64,000 nt of DNA from Moniliella sp. 'wahieum' (taxonomy: Eukaryota), in contig RSEE01000048.1 of NCBI GenBank assembly GCA_003971905.1, positions 1-64,000 of the forward strand, in the 5' to 3' direction. Below are positions 1 through 10,697 of this stretch, piece after piece; the stretch's first letter is position 1, and every line of letters begins with the position of its first letter. The translations under genes and the position numbers were made by a program. The notes under the pieces are model-generated. The model ran no database searches and was not told where the DNA came from. It saw only the letters and a list, made by a program, of their open reading frames with translations.

Positions 1-53
1 TGACCCCGAGGCTCCCGGAGGGGTAGGATGGGAGAGGTAGAGAACAGTGTGCC

Positions 54-97
54 CGTACGTGGTACGTGGTACGTGGTACATGCTACGTGGTACGTGG
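54..97. repeat. (GTACGTG)n heptamer tandem repeat, imperfect
   Basis: gtacgtg-gtacgtg-gtacgtg-gtacatg-ctacgtg-gtacgtg read directly. Confidence 0.9.
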
Positions 98-843
98 TGG
101 GTCCGGTCCAACAATGGGAGGTAGGAAGACACAGGTTCGCACTCGGGGTCGGATTGGGGATCAGGTTGGGGGTTGGGTCAGTACTCTAGTACTCAGTCAC
201 ACTCTGCCCACCCACGCGGCCATTGGCAAAAAGCAAACCGAGTGAGAGATAGCGAGAGTCGGAGCACCGAATTACGATAAGGTGGGCACGTCTCGCGTCA
301 CGGCGCAGGTCAAAAGGCGGGTACAGTGGAGCTAGTGGAGACTAACTTGAGTCAAATGGTAAAGTGCGCGTAGTAGGTAGCCAGCAAACCGTAGTAGGGT
401 ATAGCGCATTAACTTCGTACTTAGGAACTTAAGGACTTAGGACTTAGGATTGGTACTTGGTACTGGTGGGGCTCGTTGGGCCGGTCGGGGACCGAAACGA
501 TTCGCTCGGACATCTCAGATCTTATATCTACCCGCCGGCCCCGAGGCCAGATCGCAAAAGTGTGTACTATCGTACGTTTGGCGACAAGAATGTCATTGGT
601 TGTTGAATGCTGAAGTTCAGCACTTCAGTTGCGCGCGTAGACTGGGAACGAAAGCATGGCAATGAACGGAAGGAAAGGAGAATGAAAGGGTCCTACCCAG
701 AGAAGGAGAAGAGCAGGATAGTTTGGTATATTACTAGTAATGATGCTCGTGGGCAAAAGGAGATTCAATTATAGAAGGGCAAAAGGGGGAAGGGGGAGCG
801 GTCGTGGGTTACCAGGAAGAGAAGAGCGTGATACGATACACAG

Positions 844-845
844 AC

Positions 846-877
<32 letters not shown>

Positions 878-1470
878 GAGCTTGCCATAGTAGGCGTTTG
901 AGGGTGGGGGTGGAGGTGGGGGCGAGGAAGAGCGCTGGAACAGCGTTGGAAGACGAACGTGTTTAGCTCTCCCTAAGCAATGGAAACACAAGACACCACC
1001 ACACAAAAACACAGTATACAAAAAGGCAAGGCAAGGCAAGGCAAGGCAAGGCAAGGCAAGGCAAGGCATAAATGAAGACACGACATGTGAAGACAGACAC
1101 GATATGAAGACAAGACAAGACACGACAATAAGAAGACAGACAATAAGAAGACAAGACAAGACAAGACAAGGGGCAAGTAAGGCGGGCCGCGACCGGTCCT
1201 CAAACCGTAACTCCTCCGGGAAAGCGAAATGCGTGAGCCCAGAGCCCAAGGCCAAATACCCAAGACCCAGCGGGGGGGAAGCGCAGGAGGGAGCGCAGGG
1301 CAGGGCAAGGGAGGGAGGTGGAAGTCGTAAGAAAGAAAACCATGATATGACATGGCATGGAAGGGAAGGGAAGGGAAGGGAAGGGAAGGGAAGGAAGGGA
1401 AGGGAAGGGAAGGGAAGGGAAGGGAAGGGAAGGAAGGGAAGGGAAGGGAAGGGAAGGGAAGGGAGGGGAG
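844..1470. repeat. Purine-rich microsatellite block: (AGAC/AGAT)n, (GGCAA)n, (GACAA)n, (GGGAA)n
   Basis: Tandem units at ~844-877, 1023-1068, 1085-1170 and 1359-1462; lies in the 3' flank of the cyclin gene. Confidence 0.95.
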
Positions 1471-1832
1471 GGGACGCGTGACGCGTCGGAACGCAGTGCG
1501 CGAAGTTTACGCCGTCACCTGGGCTGGGGGAGGCTTTCTGCGCTGCGGGGAGCGGGGGGGTGTAGGTGGGGGTAAGTAGGGCGGGAAGGTCACGTGGGCA
1601 CAGGGGAGTGGGAGTGGGTGGGTGGGGAACAGGAGCAGGAGCAGGAATGGGGACAGGAGTACGAGCACGAGCACGGTGCGCCAGGTGTTTGCAGCTCAAG
1701 AGAGGCCGAGGGGGGAAGGCAAGCCAAAGGCAAAGGCAAAGGTGATGCGAGGTGAGGTAGAGGTAGATGTGAAAGTGGAAATGGATGTGGAGGTGGAAGT
1801 GGAAGCCAATAAGCAGGTACTTAAGGCGGAGG

Positions 1833-1893
1833 AAGAAGAAGAAGAAGAAGAAGAAGAAGAAGAAAAGAAGAAGAAGAAGAAGAAGAAGAAGAA
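1833..1893. repeat. (GAA)n trinucleotide microsatellite
   Basis: About 20 GAA units with one interruption. Confidence 0.95.
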
Positions 1894-1944
1894 GAGCAAC
1901 TTGACGAGATCGAAGACGAACTGGAAGAACGTAAGAAAGCAGTA

Positions 1945-3248
1945 CTACAATGAGGAGTGTGCTGTCGGTCGAACTTGTTCCTTTTCCTGTTCCTTTTCCT
2001 GTTCTTTGGCCTGGGCCTGCGGGACCGGGACCGGGGCAGGATCAGGATTAGGATCCGAGGCGCCGTCCGCGGGGCGAGGTGGGCGAGCAACGGCATACGT
2101 CTCATCGAGGGGAGACAGGTGGTGCGCCAGCTCGGTAGCGGAGGAGGAAGGAGGGTGGTCCTCGATCAAGCCTGGGGAGGCAGGGCAGGACTGGGGGGGA
2201 AGCGAGGCGGAGGCCGAGGCCGAAGAGCGGGGGGGACGAGCGGGGCGTGAAGGGTGCTCGTGCACAGGGCGGGAGGAGGGTGGGGAGACGGGATCGAGAG
2301 GCGCAGCAGGGTGCGGGGGCGAGAGGTAAGAGCGGGGGAAAGACAGGTTGTGCTCGAGACTGTGGAAAGGGGCGAAGGAGTGGAGGAGGGTGAAGGAGGT
2401 GAAGGAAGTGAAGGAGGTGCAAGAGAGGCAGGTAAAGGGAGAAAGAGGGGGATCCAGTGTTCCACCACGGCACTTCTTCGAGGGGCAGAGAGAGCGCAAG
2501 TAAATTCTGCGCCTAGAGGCACGAGGTACCGCGCCACCTCTCTTCCTGCCTCAGTTGTGACCAGACAGTGTTCTCTGCGGCGCACGTCAGCGGACGACTC
2601 GGGGTGGGGTAAAAGGGCGCAGCGTGGGTGTCCAACTCGTCTTGGTCGATGCGCAGATCGAAATCCAACAGGTAGAGCAACTGGTTCTCATCAAAGCCAC
2701 TTCGGGGAGGGGAAGAGATGGTGGCGTAGCGGCACCAGTGCTTGTTTTGGGGAGAGGAATCGTTGAGGTACTTGGCAGCGACGATGAGGGCAGCGAGAAG
2801 AATGCGGTGCCTTGTACAGGGCATACCGCGTGCGACACGTGGCAGACGCGCCTTGAGACGCGCAAGGTACACCAGGGTACAGAGCAGCGTGGGAACCTGT
2901 ACGTTGGACCGTTCCACCAGCTCCGTAAGAAAGTCCTCGAGACTGGGAAGGCCGTCGGAAGGCGTGCACCGTGCCGGGTCGCGGCGTAGGCGGCGGCGAG
3001 CGCGGCAGAGCCACGGAAGCCGCTGGGCGGGTCGAGGGGGAGGACACGGGATGTTGTTCTGTTCCCTGGGGCTGCGGGAGAAGGTGGGCGGCTTGGTGGG
3101 CGAGATAGACGACGATGGGTTTGGATACGGGGCACCGGACCAGGCGGAGCAAGGCGGGGGTGTGGACAATGTTGGGCAGCAGGCTGGCGGGGTGGCGGCG
3201 AGCTGGTGGGCAGGCACAAGGCCCGAGGCAGCAGCCGCGGCAGCCCAT
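1945..3248 (-). CDS. Pho85 cyclin of the Pcl1/Pcl2 family (frameshifted in assembly; ends approximate)
   Basis: ORF 2513..3502 encodes [72 protein letters not shown]...[12 protein letters not shown], the characteristic Pcl cyclin box; low-complexity C-terminus continues in ORF 1945..2499. Confidence 0.88.
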
Positions 3249-5903
3249 GATGGAGTGGGGGTAGGAGAGGGGGTGGGGGGGAAGGGGGCGTCGGGGGGAG
3301 GAGGAGCGAGGGAGCCACGGCTGGGTTTTTTATTCTCAGCGGGTGTGCGGACTGGGAGATGGGCAGCACTAACAACTAACCACTTATACCAAACAGGCAG
3401 GACTGGCATGGCGTGTGTCGCCCCACACTGCCCGTGCGGCTGGCGCGCCGCGCCCCGGGCAGGCGGCGCGGGGGCAGTGTGCTGCCACTGGCATTTCCTC
3501 ATCGGGGCGCATGCAGTCGGGGGGCCGGCGGGCGGGAGTACGAGAGTGCCCCCGCGCCCGCATGCAGCGCTGCCTCGTGCATGCAGCGCGGGTGGTCATG
3601 CCACTGTGCATGTGTGGTGTGACATGTGACACGTGACGCGTGACACGTGACGGGCGTGGGATGCGCCTCGCCGAGGAATGCCGCCTGCCGCCACAGGAAG
3701 CAGCGCCCCGCCCTCGCCCGCGCTGCCGTCCCCGCGCCACGTCAGCACCCGCCAGCGCCAGCACCGCGTCCCTTGGGCCCACCCCTCCATCCTCGGCAGC
3801 ACCCCCTCCCTCCACCGCCGCCTGCTAAAAACTCTCCGGCTCGGCACACAACACCATTCTGTCTGCCTGGCTCCCCCATCCGCATCCGGGCACACACACC
3901 GTACTTGCAACTCAGGCCGCAGGTGAGCCATCCTGGAGCAAAGGAACGTTTAACGTTTAACCTCACTCCCCTCTGCGGCGTTTATAGTTCTTTCGTGCAA
4001 GACAATACTCCGCCATGGCCGTAACCTTACCGCCCTTGATGTCCGTCTTTTATCTCCCTCGCACCCCCGTTCTCTCGTCTCAAGAATCCATCTTTGACTC
4101 TTTGACTTTGGCCCCCCGGCAACTCTTCCGGCGTAGAAATGTCTCGGACTACCTTGCTAGATTTCTTGTGCCTTAATCAGGCTGTGACATGTGACGTGTG
4201 ACATGCGACAGGGCTTTTGTGTTTTGCCCCCACAGCGCACAGCCCGATCCCTCGGTGCCGCTTATTATCTCCAGGTTTCCCGTTCACTTGGGTCTTGCCC
4301 AAAGCCAGTTCATTTTCCGTGCTTCTCTTTTTGCGCCCTTCCACGTCCCATCCTATATGAGCCCGCCGTGAGGTGGGCCGGTGCTCGGTTGCGTTTTCAC
4401 TCTCTGTGAAAGACCAGAAAGCAGGTAGATGACGGTGTATTGCATTGATCCTGAGCTACAGAGACTAGAGAAGATTCCTGCCCCCCCCGAAGGAATACTA
4501 ATTGCAAAAACGAATGAACCCGAAGGTTCCGGGCTTGTGGGTTACCGGCGCGACTAGTATACACTACACCAGTGTGGCATCACATGTCACACACTCTCCC
4601 CTCGGTTTTCTCCCGCATAATAGTACCCCCCTTTTCCCCTTTTCCTCTGCTCGATCTCACATTAGCTTTTCGTTCTCATCCACAGCCCCTATAGTGGTCT
4701 ATAGTGGTCCATCCCATCCCCCGCTCACGTGCATCTTACGAACACTGTGTGCCTGATAATACAACCCGAATAGGATGGCCCCAAGCCACAGCACTGCAAC
4801 CGCGATCACATTCCCATTCATCAGCTCTTGAACAAAACACTTTTGTACGTGTTGGTTCCAGTCGGGTCCAACCTTCCCCTGGACCAACCTAAAAACTTTT
4901 CCTTATTGCCGAATCGACTGCAGTATAACGAAGACTTTGTTCTATCGCTCCTACTCACGAAGAAAGAAAGCCAGGGCTATACTCGTGGTCGCCCAGCGTC
5001 GTGTTGAACGCTGCAGGCGTGGTGTCACGTACAGCAGTAGTAGTAGGTATATTTCAATGACTTCCTTTTGCTCCTCCCAACGCACACATCCCCGCGCGCC
5101 AAAGCGAAAAGAATTAAGCGCTAAGCCATGAAGAACGCTCCGTACTAGTAGTCGAGACACCTATGCACATGTGCATTATAGTACCATTCGGCCCATTATT
5201 CCCTCACATAGGGACCAGCGTCTGACCATTGGACCTTTGGCCTGGTGACTGGGGACTGGTGACCCTCCAGGGTCCCATCTGCTCTCGCCCGCGCATCTAT
5301 ATTGATCTGGTTAAGGTTAACATCAAGGGCGGACAAGAACGCGCATCCTGCCTTGGGGCAATTATCGGTTACCGCAACCTCTCATGAGATCATGTGAGAC
5401 TCTTCTCTGAGAAGAGCCGAACCACTCCCACCCTGGTCCCGCGGCGGACGCGGGCTAATCCATGCTCAAGTGGCCCTCGGCCGCCCTGATGGTTACCACA
5501 CTAACCGCAACCAGGGCGGGAAGCGGAAGCGGACGCGGAGGAAACGGCAGCGGAAGCGGACGCGTGTGGGGCGGCACAGCGGAACACCCAAGGTCTTCCG
5601 CGCTTTGCCACCTGGCAGCGCGGCGTGGTTGGGGGAGCGAGTCACCGATCACCGATCGTGGATGCTTGCATCCTAGTCATCGGTCATCGGTCACTAGTCA
5701 CGAGTCATCGAAGTCATCCTCAGAGGCCTCAGCATGGAGCAGAGGAGTCCAACATGCCTCAGCGGAGGAGCGTGCTGCGTTAGGATTGCCATTACCACCG
5801 GGCTCTGCGTCTGTTGCTGTTGCCGCTCATCTCACCTCCGATCTCACCTCGTCTCATCTCATCCCATCTCACCTCACCTCGCCTCGTCTCGTCTCGTTTC
5901 GCC

Positions 5904-7554
5904 ATGGCGCGCACTGCACCTGGGCGACGTTCCGCTTCCGCTTCCGGTTCTGGGTCTGGATCTAGGTCTGTGCGACGAGGACCTCCGCGTGCCCAAGCGC
6001 GGCCGTACCTGCACGACGTGAAGCAACTACTTTCTTCGCCGCGGCGGCGGGCGGGCAAAGGCGGGAAGCACCTTGCTGCGCTGGTGTTCCGCAGTGTGCG
6101 GGTAAGTCTGTTTGATGCGCCGGGTGCGAGTGGGTCTGGGTCAGCTACGGCTGCGACGCGCGAGGGGGATAGGTTGCGTCGGGCCGAGCAGGGCGAGGGC
6201 CAAGGTGAACAAGGGCCAGGACAAAGGGGAGAGCAAGAGCAAGAGCAAGAAGAGCAAGAGAGAAGAGGAAGAGCAAGGGGAGAGTGACGATAGTGAAGCG
6301 GGGTTTGCTTCGCCTGCGTACCTCGGAGCAGTGGAGGACGAAGCTGCGGCGTACTATGCGCGTGCACAGCAGATGGGCACGACGGTGATTCCGCTACGGG
6401 TGCGACCGGCGTTCATCTTGTTCACTGTGCTCGTCTTGGCGCTCTTGGCTTTCCTTGGGTTTCACCCGAATGCACAGCGGTGGACGTTGGTCAATGACAA
6501 GGTCCTTCACTTTACCTGTTTCTTCATCGTACGTCCTCCTCCCCTTTTCCCTTCTTCTTTCTTCCTTTTCTCTTTCTTTCGTTCTCTTTCGTTCGTTCTC
6601 TTTCGTCTGTTTTTGCTTGAGCTTTTTGGGCGAGCGGGGCGGTTGGACTGCATCTACCAACTAACGTCTAACAACTAACAACTACCATCTACCCCGTCTC
6701 CCTCTTTCTTCCCCCTCCAGGCCACCGCCTTGTTTTATTGCATCTTTGACGTCGACGACCGGGCGCGGAAGAGCAGCTGGTTCTGGCGCGACGCACCGCT
6801 GTACGTGACGCTAGTCACTTGCCTTATCGTTGGCTCGATTGGGTCGGAAATCGTGCAAAGCTTGCTTCCCGTACGTCTCCCCCCCCCCCCCCACACACAC
6901 TCCCTACCTCGTGCCTTTCCCTTTGGGGTGGTCGTTCAGTTTCGGATGGGTTTGGCTTGGGCTGCTGACACGGACACGGGGCACACGCACACGTACCACG
7001 CACCACGCACCACGCAGTACAAGACGTTTCAATGGGGCGATGTGGTGGCCAATCTGTTAGGATCGAGTTTGGGTATCGTGGCTTCTTACCGTCTCGAAGC
7101 GTACTACCGGCATCGGAGGGAGATTGCTCGGCTCTACCGTCCCATAGCCATGGGCGACAGTCTCTCTGGTGGTGGCGGACTATTTTCGTCCGACGAAGAC
7201 GAAGATGAAGACGACTACGACTACGGAAACGACGACTACGACGAGGAGGACGAATACGAGCCGGATGTGCTGCAACTTGTCCCGTCCACGCGATCGCACA
7301 TGGGGATGCGCGGGGTGGAACAAGCCTCAGAGGACCCATTGGGAAGTGGCATGCAGGACGCTGCACTGCGCCCACCCAACCCCAAACCCAAACCCGAACG
7401 GCGCGTGCGCTGGGGCGGAGTAGAACAATTCGAGCCTCCTGCTACGGGGGCTAGCTACCCGCCTGGCCACCGAGCAGCCCGTACCACCCTCTTCTCCCTC
7501 GGGGAGGAAGAGGACGAGGACGAGACACAGCGGGACACACGGGCAGTAGTCTAA
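5904..7554 (+). CDS. VanZ-like fungal membrane protein, 3 exons
   Basis: LRVRPAFILFTVLVLALLAFLGF...NDKVLHFTCFFI|ATALFYCIFD...GSEIVQSLLP|YKTFQWGDVVANLLGSSLG; introns 6529-6720 and 6871-7017 (GTACGT...CAG) join in frame; one frameshift near 6280. Confidence 0.8.
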
Positions 7555-7674
7555 ACTGCGCTCGGCTCATCTGCCTTACTGTCTGTTGGCAAATTTTAAT
7601 GGGTGCATGGGTGGGTACCTGGTACCCTTTTGCTTCCCCCACTGTATTTAACCCTCTTGTTCCCGTTGGGCTTG

Positions 7675-8963
7675 TCACATCTCATACTTGCCTTGCTCAG
7701 GTCCCGTCTCTGGCTCGGGCTCGGGCTCGGCTCGCACATCGCACCTAGCACCTACCCGCCCGTCTGCTGCGACGGGCCGAGAGAGTTACCAAGTGGTCGA
7801 GTGGCCGAGCGGCCGGCGTCCAGGCTTCCCCAACCCATCTTCCCTGCCCTTTGTTCGGGGCGAGCTGTCCTGCCCGAGACCTGAAGCCTGAAGCGTGCTA
7901 CGGCAGTGGACCCGCTCCTGCCTTGGGTTGTTTTTTTCCCCTCCTGGTCCGGGCGTTGGAAGGTGAAACGACCTGGTTTACTTGGGCTGTAACGTAAGAA
8001 TGCGAACTGTGTCTCTCGGTAGTTTAACTTAACTTAGCGTAGCTTAGGTTAGGACTAAGTTTAACGTTTACTGGAGGAGTAGGAGGAGGAAAGGAGTAGA
8101 AGGAGGAAGAGAAGTAGGAGGGGGGGAGGAGCACATAATGGAACGGGGGAGTCAAAACGGTATGAGAGCCGGAGTGGAAGAAGTGAGAATCGGGACCAAG
8201 GGGGCCGGACCACACGAGGAGTGGGGACCACGACGGGCGGTCCAGGCAGGTTGAGGGGAAGAGCAGAGCGGGGGGTAAAAAACAAAAAACAAAAAAAAAC
8301 AGGGGAACCAAGTGAGGCCCCTTGGACACAGGAGTCTGTCCTGTGTCCTGTGTCATGCAAGGGGCCCAGCACAGGATGGAATTAGGTGAAAAAAGGGCAG
8401 AAGGGGAGGGAAGGAGTTATCCTCTTACCTCATACACCTACGTCTACGCCTTCTTGAGGTTGTTAAGGTGGACGAGGGCGAGCTCGATGGAGAAGCCTTG
8501 AGGTTCAGGGGGTTTAGGAGGCGGAGGCGGGGGTTCCTTCTTGGGCTTCTTAGTTCCCGGGCCCTCGAGGACGAGGCGATTATCCTCTGTGAGAGCAAAG
8601 TCGTATCCGAGGGGCAAGGTAGCACGGAACCCAGCAACCATGGACGGGGTATCACCATACAATCCCGCGACCTGATCAACAACGTGATTGATATCCGTTG
8701 CCTTGTCGCCCGTGTCTTCCACGGCACCGATAAAGCAGCTGTACTTCTTAGGTTTGGGGCGGTGGCGGGGGCGGTGGCGGATGGGCAATGTTCATACGCG
8801 TATCGACGAGCACTTTGCATGCTTCTTCCAAACTGAGCGGTTTACGTTCTGCCTCCAGCTTCTTCGCCAGTTCCTCCGGCGTGAGCTTCTTGGGCTTCTC
8901 TTCTTCCTTGGCCTTGGTCTTGGTCTCGATCGGCGCAGCTCCGGCCAGGAACGGGGCCATCAT
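7675..8963 (-). CDS. Small protein with divergent Sin3-type PAH domain(s); 3' part uncertain
   Basis: ORFs 8748..8963 and 8444..8788 give KPLSLEEACKVLVDTR...KYSCFIGAVED...DINHVVDQVAGLYGDTPSMVAGFRATLPLGYDF and FSIELALVHLNNLKK, resembling PAH1 and the start of PAH2; GTAAGA donor near 8429 and a possible last exon ending EPEPEPETGPEQGKYEM* near 7675. Confidence 0.55.
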
Positions 8964-10326
8964 ACCAAACGGCCACGACTAGAGGAATGAACGGAGGGGG
9001 GGTAAAGGAGTCAGCGCCCGGCCAAGGAGGGGTACGGTCGTGTCTGGCAGGGGATACGCACCATGGTGGCAGGTGGGCGAGTGGTCTGGGGGGGGGGGGC
9101 GAGGAGAGCAGGGGCGATAAGAGGATGGAATGGGAGGGCTGGGGGGAGCACAGGCAAAGCACGGGTGGCGGCCACTCGTGCTGGCAGCACCAGTGCTGGC
9201 GGGAGGGGGAGGAGGGGTGCCGGGGAGAGGGAGGCAGAAGGAGAAGAGAAAGAGAAAGAGAAAGAAAGAGAAGAGAGGGACAACGACCCGCCGCCGCAGC
9301 TACCGTCTAACGCTTCGATCCTTAGCCGGGCCCAGCCGGGGCCAGGCCGCAGCGCCCTTCCGCACTGGCTGGGCCCAAGCGCTGATACGGCGAGGTGTCG
9401 AATCTGGGTGAGCACCACGCGCCCACACTGCTCCTGTGCCGCAGTGTCGGGGTGGGTGGCGTCGCCGCTTCCCCTTCCCCGTGCTGCCTAGTGGGGATGC
9501 ATGATGCGAGGCGAGGGGTGGTGATGCGGTGTGGGAGATGTGACATGTGACTTGTGACCCCCCGCTGCGGCTGCCAGTGCCTGCTAGTGCCCGCCTCCCG
9601 CCCCCCCCCCTGACATCGCACATCTCCCATCTCCCATCTGACGTCATCTGCAACACGCTTGCCATGCAGGGAAGACGCTGCGCTAGGGCCTGCACCCCGC
9701 CAGAGGCTCAGCACGGCGCACAGGCGCAAGTCAGATGTACTCACACCCTCCCCGACACGGGATGTACGTACCAAGCTCCAAGTCATCCTGGAGTATCGCC
9801 ATTCTCTCTCGATTCGCAATCAGTAATCATCTTTCCCTCCCAGTTACTCGTACTGCTACTGGCTCCTCATCCATCTCCCTCCTCGGAACCACAAGCACCT
9901 AGGACCATACCGATAAATACAACCCGAGCACTATACCCGCCACTCCGTCTTCCCTCCCATGCCCATTGGAGGCGCTTGGTTGGGCCAGTGTGTCCGCAGA
10001 CCAGCTGGCAATCGGGGGCGAAGAGCCAATGGGCAATGGCGAATCGTCGGGGGGGAGAGCGAATGGCGAAGAGATAAATGTCAAGGCGAAATGTGGGAAA
10101 GGCCAATGGCCAATGGCCAAAGATGGAAGACGAAATGAAGGAATGTCCTTTGGGCGAGAAACGGAAGTGGAGGGGGAAGTGGAAGTGGAAGTGGAAGTGG
10201 AAATGCAAGTTGAAGAGGAAGAGTGGAAGGAAGAGATGGGACCGCGTTGTCATCGCGTTCTCGCATTGTCACTTTCGGGGCAGTAGCATGCGTCGGTCGT
10301 AGGCCGTAGGCCGTAGGCGTGTGTAG

Positions 10327-10395
10327 GTCGAGTCGAGGTCGAGGTCGAGGTCGAGGTCGAGGTCGAGGTCGAGATTGAGGTCGAGGTCGAGGTCG
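10327..10395. repeat. (GTCGAG)n hexamer microsatellite
   Basis: About 11 units read directly, followed by (CAAGTCC)n at ~10424-10460. Confidence 0.9.
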
Positions 10396-10697
10396 TAGGG
10401 AACAGTGCACCCAAAGGGGAAACCAAGTCCCAAGTCCCAAGTCCCAAGCCCCAAGTCCCAAACCCCAACAACCCAACAACCAACACCCCAACAACCCAAA
10501 CCCAAACGCGGGCCGGGTCAGGTAGATCGGCGCAGGGGCAACGTGCAATGGCGCATGTACCGGGGCAGGCAGGGCACAAAGGCCCACAAAAGGGCAAGAA
10601 AGTGCAAGACAGTGAGTGCGGGGCAAGGTGCAAGGTGCAAACAGTGCAAAAGATACAAAAGAAGGAAACGAGGCAGGAAGGAGGAAGCAAGCTGCAC

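Noticed and set aside
809..1899. Long ORFs such as (LPFPS)n, (GREGK)n and poly-E/K/S/F
   Set aside because: Translations of microsatellites that happen to lack stops; no coding evidence
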